Source: a virus
Length of the DNA: 64,000 nt
Reading direction: 5' to 3' (one strand)
IMG/VR virus record: IMGVR_UViG_3300027985_001265
Location: 9,759 to 73,758 of that record
Under the pieces are notes generated by a model that saw only the letters and a list, made by a program, of their open reading frames with translations, searched no databases and had not been told where the DNA came from. The position numbers and the translations under genes were made by a program. Below are positions 49,110 to 57,779 of the stretch, in pieces. Positions within the stretch are counted from its first letter, which is position 1, and each line of letters begins with the position of its first letter.

Positions 49110-50328
49110 CTATGCAGCCATAGGACTTCTGTATTTGGCCGGCAGATCTCCGAACATGACCACCCTCTCCCGAGCACGACTGATTGCTACATAGAGCATC
49201 CGGGCAACGTCAGACGGGATATTGCATCGGCCGATATCATAGAGGTCAATGAAGACTTGATCATATGAAACTGCCCTGGGATTTATGGACAGTACTGGCA
49301 TACGGGGATCTGAGATCCAGCCAGGTATTTTTGATATTGAAGTACCGGGTCCAGAGTTCTTTACGTTCATGGGGATTATCTTGCATAGCTTTAGAATTGG
49401 CTTCTTTGGCTATGGCCTGCATACGGGCTTTGGTATCCATAGGATTGTTCGGTAGAAACAGAACCTGCTCTCCATTGATTTCCGCATTTCTGCCAAGAAC
49501 CTCTTCTATGAGTATTTCATCCCCCAGCCATGTGATTGCCACCTCGCTGTCTACGGGAGTAACTGTGCCACCAGCGATAATGGGATTATTGGTGATGGCC
49601 AGTTCCCCTTCCTGAAAACTGTTGCCAAGGCCTTTTATCTTCCGCAAGTGCATGTTGTATTCCTGCACTCTAATATTACTCCAGGCTAAGACTTTTGCGC
49701 TGTTGATGGAAAATAGAGGGTTTATAAAAGCCTTTTCCATCTCCTCTTTGAAAGTGGGGCCGTCCACCAGGAGTACCTTGTCGGAAAGTAGAATATCTTG
49801 AAATACTTGAGTCTGGACCACTTCACGGAAAGCTGATGCTGCTTCCAAGATAGGACCGTCATGTCGCATGACTTGGCTCATAATTGCGGTAGGTACCTTG
49901 TGCATAAGAAGCTGCATATTGGACACCTTCTGTTGTACCGGAGCCAACTGAAATACGTCCCCGATCAGGACAGCCTTTGATGTTTTCTGAAGCGATTCCT
50001 CTAAAAACCTAAAGGTATCCACGTCCAGCATGCTGGCTTCATCCATGATGACGACAGTATCTTTTAAATAGGTAAACCGGTTTGTCTTCTGAAGACTCTC
50101 CTTTCCTGTCCGATAATTTGGTACAAGTTTCAATCCAAGTGTGGAATGAATGGTATTCACCGTTGGGTTTTTGGATAACTCCCTGAGAACTGCAACGGCC
50201 TTGTTGGTTGTGGCCGTTAATACGATCTGAAAATCCTGTTTATTCGGATCTTCACACATTACGGTCTTGAGTACCTTGTACTGCTTAGAGATGCTGGAAA
50301 GCATCTTTTTGATCATGGTGGTTTTTCC
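49110..50328 (-). CDS. Dda-like SF1B DNA helicase, exon 2 (apparent +1 frameshift near 49268)
   Basis: GKTT, TATTNKA, TIHS.L, MDEASM, IGD.FQLAPV, MRH and YASTVHKSQGS; motifs YDQVFID and LYVAISRAR continue in another frame. Confidence 0.88.
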
Positions 50329-51311
50329 CGGAATGTTCAGTAAAGGCGTCACTCTTTACCAGTTCTTTTATGAACTTCTGCATATTTCTATGCAGCCCAG
50401 ACCATATCTTCATCTTTTCTATAGCAATCAGAGCAGACACCCCCTCTTTGAATCCAAGGAGAATCACTGCGTCTGTTGAAAATATTTTGACAGTGTTTAC
50501 AGGTAAATTTTACATACCTGCGTTTATTGATAACTTCGGTAGTTATTAACCGAGAACCAAGGATAGAAGTTAATTCCTGTAACTTCTTTTTTTCTTGTAA
50601 TTTTCCCGTAGCAATTCCACCAAGGCGCCTCACTTTATCTTGTCTTCCTTGTTTGATGGAATGTTGCATATTTTCTTTATGAGTGGACCACTCTAAATTT
50701 GTATTAAAATTATGGAGTCCGTTGTTATCAATATGGTTTATAAAAGGTTTATTATCAGGATTTGGGATAAAAGCTTCAGCAACTAGTCTATGCACAGAGA
50801 ATCGTTTTGTTTTTCCATTTATTGAAAAAGTAACCCTATGATAAGAAGTGTGTTTTCTTTTATCCACATCTGGCTTTAATTCTCGAATACCTGTTCTTGA
50901 ACTGTTTGGCATTGAGAACACTCTGCCTTTATTTGAAATTTGATATCTACCTTCATAACCTACAATGTCTTTGATAATTTCTGACATGATTTACCTCATT
51001 ACTTTAATTATTAAACCCTGTGTAAGGTTTAATAAAAATAAATAGGTAAGTCTAGTTTCACATCAGCTTTAAAAAGAGTCCCCCATTTCCACATCACTTG
51101 ATGTGTACGGCTTTCGCCTGGTCGTTGAACCTTCTCCATACTATTTTAGATTAGGAGCTTGGCTGCTGATTGCCCATTAATTATCCGTTTACTTGTCAAA
51201 CCTTTATAAGCTCTTTTCAGGCGTATTGTGGTAAAACGGCTTTAGGGGTTTCCAGCAATTAAAGGGATTTATTTTGAGGGGATCACTCCCCAAAGGAACC
51301 TATTACAAACA
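50329..51311 (-). mobile_element. Group I self-splicing intron with homing endonuclease, in helicase gene
   Basis: P1 GGAACU/GGUUCC with U.G splice-site pair; P AAUUGCUGGAAA, Q GGCAAUCAGCAGCC, R GUUCAACGACCA, S AAGAUAUGGUCU; P9 GAAA tetraloop; terminal G at 50329. Splicing restores GAAGT-GKT. Confidence 0.93.
50388..50987 (-). CDS. Intron-encoded NUMOD4-HNH homing endonuclease
   Basis: KDI.GYEGRYQISNKGRV (NUMOD4); VHRLVAEAFIPNPDNKPFINHID.N..HN...NLEW....EN..H (HNH). Confidence 0.93.
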   Translation of the reverse strand: MSEIIKDIVGYEGRYQISNKGRVFSMPNSSRTGIRELKPDVDKRKHTSYHRVTFSINGKTKRFSVHRLVAEAFIPNPDNKPFINHIDNNGLHNFNTNLEWSTHKENMQHSIKQGRQDKVRRLGGIATGKLQEKKKLQELTSILGSRLITTEVINKRRYVKFTCKHCQNIFNRRSDSPWIQRGGVCSDCYRKDEDMVWAA

Positions 51312-51419
51312 AGTTCCGGCAGCCCCCTGGATGATCATGTATCGTTCATTGGGATTCTTCAGGAACTTCATGAATGTCTTGATGACATTCTTCTGTTCAT
51401 CGGTGAGTTCAAAGTCCAA
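51312..51419 (-). CDS. DNA helicase exon 1 (TTG start, 36 codons; not in ORF track)
   Basis: GGAG RBS; MDFELTDEQKNVIKTFMKFLKNPNERYMIIQGAAGT contains the Q-motif LTDEQ and the first half of Walker A. Confidence 0.88.
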
Positions 51420-51430
51420 TAGTTTTCTCC

Positions 51431-51673
51431 TTAATTAGGCAGAAAGGTCACAATCTTCTTGTGCTTCTGGCTGTATATGAGTCTGAATTTATTTGATCCA
51501 TAGTTTACATGGACTAGGGTCCGGGAATTGGTTACCTTTTCATAACTTTCAGCTTTACCTTCCCGGATGATCCTTTCGATCTCCCTGAATCCACTGTCTG
51601 TGATATGGGTGAAATATCTTTGTTCAGCCCGCATTCGGGCATGGGATCTTTTATGTTTTCCTCTGGTTCTCAT
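51431..51673 (-). CDS. Basic hypothetical protein
   Basis: HA..RA.QRY and IVTFLP motifs of a small phage protein type. Confidence 0.55.
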   Translation of the reverse strand: MRTRGKHKRSHARMRAEQRYFTHITDSGFREIERIIREGKAESYEKVTNSRTLVHVNYGSNKFRLIYSQKHKKIVTFLPN

Positions 51674-51854
51674 TGGCCTCCTCTACATTATTGTTATGAG
51701 GGCAGTTTTCTAAAATACCTTTATCTGGAATAAGAGGTTCTCTCTTGAGTTCACAACAAACAAGCCCTTCTCGGTATACTCCTGGTTTACCTCTGAGTCT
51801 TATATGCGGGCAGTGATTACAGTGATAAACCATACGTCTGTATTCCCAAGACAT
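51651..51854 (-). CDS. Cys-rich hypothetical protein
   Basis: GGAG RBS; C.HCPH...C...CP. Confidence 0.5.
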   Translation of the reverse strand: MSWEYRRMVYHCNHCPHIRLRGKPGVYREGLVCCELKREPLIPDKGILENCPHNNNVEEANENQRKT

Positions 51855-51866
51855 AACTAGTTCTCC

Positions 51867-53042
51867 TTAAATCTCATAATGAATAACTTCACCGTATTCT
51901 GTAGTGAAATCCGGATTATTGTGAATTACCCAGACCACAGAACAGTCCGGGAATTTATCTACTATTGGGGGATCAAACCATCCGTCGGTGAATATGATCA
52001 AGACTTCAGGTTCATTTTCACAGGCCCATTCTAGGACAGGATGAATATCTGTTCCACCACGGCCTGTGAATTTAATATCCCGCATGACATCAGTGCTTTG
52101 GGTTATTTCGTGAATTTCGTGGATCTCTGTATCAAAATCAATCAGGGTGATCAGTTCCGGGTGTAGGGTCTGCTGGACCACTTCCACTTCCTGTACAAAG
52201 AACCCGAATTCATGATCCTCAACAGAGCAGGAACAATCCACGGCAAAGACCACATTGTCTACTGCCTCAGAGTAGGCCGATGGCATGATCAAATTCGGCA
52301 GGTATCTTCTATTGGGCCGGCGCCAGGTGTAGTCATCCTTGGCGAACCGGTTCATATAGTTTTGGAAGATCACTTCCCAGGGAAGTTTGGGGTTAATAGT
52401 CTTGTCCAGTTCAATCAAGACAGCTCCCGGGATGCTTCCCCAGGCATTTACTTGCTGGGCCTGTATGGTGGCCTTTAAGACCATATCAGCGATCTCAGCT
52501 TCTATTTGACTTGCTTCCGCCTTATCTGCCGGAGGCAGAACATCCTTACCTATTCCCGGGACAGTACCTGTCGGGGTGCATGGAATACCCTGTCCGTTAC
52601 CTGAATTATTTGCCTGATTCTGTTTCCTTTCATCCATGAGGATCTTGTAGACTTCTTCATAGGCCATATCTCTAAATCGTTGGTCCAAGAGACAACCTTT
52701 AGGAAGCTTGAAGTTAGCATCTGTGAGGATCAAGTTGGCCACATAATTCATGGCGTTGTTGGCTTCCGGATCTTCATGGCCGATACCTCGGGTAATATGC
52801 TGCAGGGCTACATGAAGGACTTCATGCAGGAGAACCCCTATCCTTTCGTCCTGGGTTAGTGTGTCAAAGAATCTGGGACTGAACAGTATATGACGACCAT
52901 TTGTTGCGGCAGTCGGGATTGTGTCATCCCACTTGAATTCAAGCTGGAACAGTATGCTGGTATAGAATACTGTGTTTGGATCCATCATGAGCTGAAACTT
53001 AGCTTTATCCAGTAGGATATTTCTTTCTTCAGGTGTTTTCAT
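51867..53042 (-). CDS. HExxH metallopeptidase-like + vWA domain protein (N4 gp25-like)
   Basis: IPTAATNG, HEVLHVAL.H, WRRPNRRY, AVDCSCS (MIDAS-like), GRGGTD and IFTDG. Confidence 0.88.
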   Translation of the reverse strand: MKTPEERNILLDKAKFQLMMDPNTVFYTSILFQLEFKWDDTIPTAATNGRHILFSPRFFDTLTQDERIGVLLHEVLHVALQHITRGIGHEDPEANNAMNYVANLILTDANFKLPKGCLLDQRFRDMAYEEVYKILMDERKQNQANNSGNGQGIPCTPTGTVPGIGKDVLPPADKAEASQIEAEIADMVLKATIQAQQVNAWGSIPGAVLIELDKTINPKLPWEVIFQNYMNRFAKDDYTWRRPNRRYLPNLIMPSAYSEAVDNVVFAVDCSCSVEDHEFGFFVQEVEVVQQTLHPELITLIDFDTEIHEIHEITQSTDVMRDIKFTGRGGTDIHPVLEWACENEPEVLIIFTDGWFDPPIVDKFPDCSVVWVIHNNPDFTTEYGEVIHYEI

Positions 53043-53235
53043 TAATCCACTCCTCCCACTCTTTAGTGGTGTACCATTTTCCTTTCCAATAATGGGCATT
53101 ACAATTATGACAGTAGTAGTTTGGATTTTTTCCTAAACCTTTTGTTAAATCAGACATGAGATCTCCACAGTATTTACATGTTTTTGGCCATGGAGTATTT
53201 TTATGTGTCATAGTCATCCCCTCTCGGTTGGCCAT
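53029..53235 (-). CDS. Zn-ribbon hypothetical protein
   Basis: CKYC...CHNC. Confidence 0.5.
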   Translation of the reverse strand: MANREGMTMTHKNTPWPKTCKYCGDLMSDLTKGLGKNPNYYCHNCNAHYWKGKWYTTKEWEEWINENT

Positions 53236-53413
53236 ACCAACCTACCAATGCAGTCAGCGGGACGCTGACTGGTGCGGTGATGAATAGAAAGATCACGAAT
53301 AAATCAAGGGAAACACTTTTTAAAAATGTGAAATAAACATTGAAAATTTTCCTGGTAAAGTACCTTCCGAATATGGAAGAAACTTCTCTCAGGAAGTATG
53401 AATATGGTTGCAT
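53201..53413 (-). CDS. Hypothetical membrane protein
   Basis: GGAGG RBS before MQPYSY; hydrophobic C-terminal half. Confidence 0.45.
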   Translation of the reverse strand: MQPYSYFLREVSSIFGRYFTRKIFNVYFTFLKSVSLDLFVIFLFITAPVSVPLTALVGWYGQPRGDDYDT

Positions 53414-53586
53414 TGTTCCTCCTCTTTTTTGGTTAATGGTCGGCACTTAGTTTCCGTGAGCACCACCCCACAGAATTCCGATTGGGTGCAGTGATCCGGG
53501 CAATGGGGCCGACCACATGGACAGGTTTCTTTGCAGTGGTCTACAGGGTCTTTCACATTGCAGATGTAGAGCTTGGCCGGTTTCAT
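53389..53586 (-). CDS. Cys-rich hypothetical protein
   Basis: Nine Cys in 65 aa; ATGA-type coupling to upstream ORF. Confidence 0.45.
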   Translation of the reverse strand: MKPAKLYICNVKDPVDHCKETCPCGRPHCPDHCTQSEFCGVVLTETKCRPLTKKEEEQCNHIHTS

Positions 53587-54305
53587 TTAATAAGTTTCAT
53601 ACCTTCAGGAAGTGTCCTGTTATCAAGGTATTTGCTCATTAATTCTTTGATAGTATCAATGGATTGTTCACCAATAGCATCTGATTTAATCTGTTTAAGA
53701 AGGAGATCTGTTTCTACACGAAGTAGGACATCATCTATGTTTTCTTCTTTGGCTATTAACGCCCTACGCTCTACTTCTATGTCTATGATCTTTTTTCGGT
53801 GTTCTTCCCTGTCTAGGAATATTTTAGTGTCCTTCTTTGAGAGTTTATAGTTTTTAATTTCAAATCTGGTGTCTTCTGCCCAGGGCATTAAGAGAAGGTT
53901 TATTGCGTATGAAAGGTTGAAACCATTATTAGTGACGTTCAATGAGATTTCACTAATAATATGGGAAGCCGTTATGATGTTGGAGTCATCCATTAATACC
54001 GCACAGGTACTATCACTGAAAAGCATATTTTGATCTTCTTGGTTTAAGATGCAATTAGGGCCTATCTTAAATATAGCATCCTGCGTTGCTTCAACTAGCT
54101 TTTGTAACCAAGGAGTATTTAAAATAATTTCTCCCTTTTCTGTTTCCAGAATTTCTTCGCATCTTCTGTTTAAACGCAGAAGGGTTCCATCATGTCTGAG
54201 TTCATTGAGTTGTAATTGCAAAGCTTTATCTCTGTCTTTGATCTCAATTTTCATCAGGTTTTTTGCGGCTTGCATGGACCTATCTAATATTTCATTATTT
54301 ACCAT
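53583..54305 (-). CDS. Hypothetical protein
   Basis: 240-aa ORF with AGGAG RBS. Confidence 0.6.
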   Translation of the reverse strand: MVNNEILDRSMQAAKNLMKIEIKDRDKALQLQLNELRHDGTLLRLNRRCEEILETEKGEIILNTPWLQKLVEATQDAIFKIGPNCILNQEDQNMLFSDSTCAVLMDDSNIITASHIISEISLNVTNNGFNLSYAINLLLMPWAEDTRFEIKNYKLSKKDTKIFLDREEHRKKIIDIEVERRALIAKEENIDDVLLRVETDLLLKQIKSDAIGEQSIDTIKELMSKYLDNRTLPEGMKLIK

Positions 54306-54309
54306 TGGT

Positions 54310-54501
54310 TTAGTCTCCTTCTTGGCTTAAAGGATCTGTCTGATCATATCTACAATATGGACAGGTAAGCTGATTAGGGTTGGTATATGGCTGGCCCAAA
54401 TAGACAAATGATTTACACTGAACACAGTTATAAAGGTCAGCCACACGTCCATGCTGTTTAGGACGTTCAATGATGTCACAGGTCATGATTGAAGTTTTCA
54501 T
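54310..54501 (-). CDS. Zn-finger hypothetical protein
   Basis: CVQC...CPYC. Confidence 0.5.
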   Translation of the reverse strand: MKTSIMTCDIIERPKQHGRVADLYNCVQCKSFVYLGQPYTNPNQLTCPYCRYDQTDPLSQEGD

Positions 54502-54667
54502 CGGATTTCTCCTTTATGATTTTGAAACCGTTTTCCTGGAGCCAGTGGTGAAATTCCTTGGCTGTCCAGCAACAACCAGAATCACTTAAAATACACCTTC
54601 CTTCTAATTCTTGTGCTAAACAACCTACAGCTTTACAGAATTCATATTTTTGATATTCACGGCTCAT
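54476..54667 (-). CDS. Cys-rich hypothetical protein
   Basis: AGGAG RBS; FCK..GC...C...CC.TAKEFH.WL. Confidence 0.55.
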   Translation of the reverse strand: MSREYQKYEFCKAVGCLAQELEGRCILSDSGCCWTAKEFHHWLQENGFKIIKEKSDENFNHDL

Positions 54668-54682
54668 AACAGAGTATCTCCT

Positions 54683-54964
54683 TTACCAATCAAAAGTGGG
54701 CAGACCAGGGATATATTCAGCATCTCGATCCAGACAGATATACCGGCAACCAAGTCTTTCAGCTAAAGCAACCAGTTCTTGAAAAGCTTTTGAATACTCA
54801 TAAGAGTAGGAAACATCAAAAGCTGGGTTATGTTTAGCTGTTTGAGTGAAAAGAAAAAATCCATACTCAAAGTTACCTACAGAAAAATGAGATTCTTTTT
54901 CCAATAATTGAACATCTTCTTCTGTGATATGACCAGTAGAAGCATTTAAAATTTTATCAATCAT
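54683..54964 (-). CDS. Hypothetical protein (DUF5983-like)
   Basis: STGHITEED..LL, EYGFF, GC.Y..LDRD and LPTFDW pattern. Confidence 0.55.
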   Translation of the reverse strand: MIDKILNASTGHITEEDVQLLEKESHFSVGNFEYGFFLFTQTAKHNPAFDVSYSYEYSKAFQELVALAERLGCRYICLDRDAEYIPGLPTFDW

Positions 54965-55983
54965 AACAGAGTATCCCCTTTTTCCAGAATCCAGTCTTGA
55001 ATGATGTCGTTATCCTTCAGGTCAACATTCCTTCGGATGGCCCCCTGGAGGGTGATGGTCTGAAATTCCATGGGCATCCGTTTGATATAGGTCATCAACT
55101 TGAAGGCATTTTTCTCGTTGAAGTGGTGAGCCACCAGGTGGGCTGTTGCGTGCATTAAGGACGGTTTCCTGTCCAATTTAGCCCCTTTGGGGTCAGCCAG
55201 GATCTCTGGTACAGTAGGCAGGTTAATCAGCGTGTCAGCGTAAGCTACGAACTGTCTGGCCTGCCCTTCACCTATGGTGCCGGCCAGGTTAGGGAGAAGT
55301 TCAATCAAGGGTCTGCTGCCGGCAACTTTCAGAATCTTGGAGGCGTATTCCCAGGTCCGGTTGCAGGCGAAGGTTTCATCATTGTGTTTTGGATCAAAGT
55401 CATGAAGAGCGTCTGGCATACTGGAAATGTATGAGATTACCCGAAGATCAAGATCATGCTGAGTTGCCCATTCAATCCAGCTTTGGGGATCGGCAATCAG
55501 AGTTAAATGCACCATCCTGGACTGGGTGGCCGTGCTCTGTTTATTGACTACCGCACCGGAGTTTGAAAGATTCCCGGCACATACCAGGGCAACATTTTTA
55601 TGCAGTTTCTTCTGGCCTATTTTTCGATCTAAGAGGACTTTATAAAGGGCTGCCTCCACTGCCTTTGATGCCGAGTTAACTTCATCAAAGAAGATCATCC
55701 AGCCGTTGTATCCCTTGGGTATTGGAGTACCCTCAAGAGGGAATACATCGAAGGGAACATACTGGGCCTGTCCATTAACTATGGCACCAAAGCCGTTTAC
55801 ATCGGTGGGGTCCATCTGTGAGGCTCGCAAGTCAATAAGTTTCAGTTTGAATTCGTCTGCGATTTCCCTCACGATATACGATTTCCCGATTCCGGGGTGG
55901 CCTTTAAGTATAGTCACTACACCTGCCCGGATATTCATTGTAATAAATTCTCGGGCTTGTTTTGCATTTACGGTAATTGCCAT
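54961..55983 (-). CDS. MoxR-like AAA+ ATPase (N4 gp24-like)
   Basis: GHPGIGKS, IDLRASQ.DPTD..G, FFDEVN, CAGN and RTWE motifs. Confidence 0.9.
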   Translation of the reverse strand: MAITVNAKQAREFITMNIRAGVVTILKGHPGIGKSYIVREIADEFKLKLIDLRASQMDPTDVNGFGAIVNGQAQYVPFDVFPLEGTPIPKGYNGWMIFFDEVNSASKAVEAALYKVLLDRKIGQKKLHKNVALVCAGNLSNSGAVVNKQSTATQSRMVHLTLIADPQSWIEWATQHDLDLRVISYISSMPDALHDFDPKHNDETFACNRTWEYASKILKVAGSRPLIELLPNLAGTIGEGQARQFVAYADTLINLPTVPEILADPKGAKLDRKPSLMHATAHLVAHHFNEKNAFKLMTYIKRMPMEFQTITLQGAIRRNVDLKDNDIIQDWILEKGDTLL

Positions 55984-56012
55984 GTTATCTCCTTTCTTTT
56001 AATTATTATTTT

Positions 56013-56037
56013 TTCCAATAAATGCTCGGAGAGCATT
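56013..56037 (-). promoter_or_regulatory. Candidate GGA-triloop hairpin promoter upstream of AAA+ ATPase
   Basis: + strand CCAATAAATGCTC-GGA-GAGCATT: 7-bp stem, C:G-closed GNA loop. Confidence 0.5.
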
Positions 56038-56280
56038 AAGTTGAGTGACTATCTAAGCCCTGGTTAAATACCCGTTAAAGTCTCGGGTCTTTATAGTCGA
56101 AAATGGTCATTTTCCAGAAATTAGAATATAGGGCTAAAGTTGAAGTAGACTTCTAGGGACTTCTAAAAAATGACTACTTAATTCTTTTTTGAAGTTCTTG
56201 TAATTTTTAGTTTTGAGTAAAATCTTTTTTGTGGTAGAAATCCGCAGGATGCGGATAAGTAGAATCAGTTTAAGAAAAAT

Positions 56281-56330
56281 AAAAAAGCCCCTGTAAATAT
56301 CCAAAAAGGATACTCACAGGGGCTTAATTT
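56281..56330 (-). terminator. Rho-independent terminator after RNAP II operon
   Basis: AAGCCCCTGT...ACAGGGGCTT stem; A run on + strand is the U tail on - strand. Confidence 0.75.
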
Positions 56331-56345
56331 TAAGGTTTTAGTTAA

Positions 56346-56522
56346 TTATTCGTTACTGTCATACAATGGTTCATAACTTACACAGTTTGGATTCATACAA
56401 ATAATCTCTACTGAGCACCATGAACCTTCAGGGTATACAGTATAATCAATACCTATGATAACATTGGTACTATCGCAGTTTTTACACTTGATTTCAAATT
56501 TACTTGGTTCAATATTTGGCAT
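56346..56522 (-). CDS. 58-aa Zn-finger protein (not in ORF track)
   Basis: AAGGA RBS; CKNC...C.NPNC. Confidence 0.5.
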   Translation of the reverse strand: MPNIEPSKFEIKCKNCDSTNVIIGIDYTVYPEGSWCSVEIICMNPNCVSYEPLYDSNE

Positions 56523-56533
56523 ATTTTTATCCT

Positions 56534-57748
56534 TTAACAGATTGCGTATTCACCATCCATAATTTCTTGGCTGATACTGTCAGCCATCTTCTGAATGGTA
56601 ACCGGTTTACCAAACAGCTTGCTGAGAATGTCATCAATCACGGTAGAGTCACTTAGCTCCGCCATAATCTCTGCATAGGTGAGTCTCACGAAGTTCAGGT
56701 AATTTGGGTGGGATCTGAACTCATCATGTACTGTTAATACCGGGAATGATGGACGCTCTAAACACCGCTTTACAAGCTTAATAAGCTGATCACAGTAGGT
56801 GAAATCGAACGTACTGATGTCATCCCATTGGAGTTCTTCCAGATCCACGAGAGACACCATATTCTGGTCTCTCCAGATCTTCTGGATGGAGTCCAGTTCT
56901 ACACCATTCAGGTGCTTCTGACCGGATCTTTTCTTCAATAGGGACAGCACCCGTTGATATTGGAGCTTATCATAGTTACATCGCCGGCAGAGTTCCCTTA
57001 CGATGAATCCATCAATGCTCTGGATCGGGTTGGCAATATTAGCCACACCCTCTTCGGTACCCTCAATCTCAGAGTATTGATACATGATAGAGGCATGATT
57101 CAATTCATCGACCTCTATCCTGTCCTCTTTAACCTGAGTTACCTTTACCCGGGCCATGAAGCCATCAGGCAGATTCCAGACATGTTCTTCAGCAAAGGCA
57201 TTCCAGGAGTTTCTGAGGATGGGCATCAGGTAGGCTGCACCTGGACAGACCCGGGCCTGGGCTTCCATGAATGCTTTATATTCCGGAGTATCATACCCAC
57301 CAAAGGCATCCCTTGGCTTGGCTATTGATCCGTAGTAGTGGGGCATTAGCACATACTTGATATCCTTTCTCTCATATACTTTAGCCGTACATAGAATGGC
57401 ATTCATGGTATCTGTGGCTTTGGTATAGAGATCATTCCGTTTCTTCCCTACCAGGGAAGTATTCTCGGCCCCAATGATGTCTCTCATTAAACAGGACATA
57501 ATTTGGGGGCCTGACGAACACGCATCTAATCCAACAAGATGTCCAGTAGGCTTTCCAGACTGTATCTCACGATAGGCCATAACCGCTGCTACATAGCGGT
57601 ATTTATTATCAGCCTGTTCCTCGAAATTTTCGAGGTCTTTTTCATTTGCATCCACCCAGGCAATACGATCTTCAAATTGTTCTTTATCCTTTCCAAAGTG
57701 GTTTGCAATGTCAATTTTAATATAGTCAATTGGTTTGAAAAACTGCAT
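56534..57748 (-). CDS. RNA polymerase II subunit 2 (N4 gp16-like)
   Basis: YIKIDIAN.FG.DK..FEDRI.W, GLDACSSG.Q, R.DIK...M...YGS, ANPIQSIDG and VHDEF..HPN. Confidence 0.93.
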   Translation of the reverse strand: MQFFKPIDYIKIDIANHFGKDKEQFEDRIAWVDANEKDLENFEEQADNKYRYVAAVMAYREIQSGKPTGHLVGLDACSSGPQIMSCLMRDIIGAENTSLVGKKRNDLYTKATDTMNAILCTAKVYERKDIKYVLMPHYYGSIAKPRDAFGGYDTPEYKAFMEAQARVCPGAAYLMPILRNSWNAFAEEHVWNLPDGFMARVKVTQVKEDRIEVDELNHASIMYQYSEIEGTEEGVANIANPIQSIDGFIVRELCRRCNYDKLQYQRVLSLLKKRSGQKHLNGVELDSIQKIWRDQNMVSLVDLEELQWDDISTFDFTYCDQLIKLVKRCLERPSFPVLTVHDEFRSHPNYLNFVRLTYAEIMAELSDSTVIDDILSKLFGKPVTIQKMADSISQEIMDGEYAIC

Positions 57749-57779
57749 GTAACGATCTCCTTTTAAAGGTTTAATAGCA

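Noticed and set aside
49110-49370. Independent 86-aa gene
   Set aside because: Its C-terminal part is helicase motifs V-VI, so it is the frameshifted end of the helicase.
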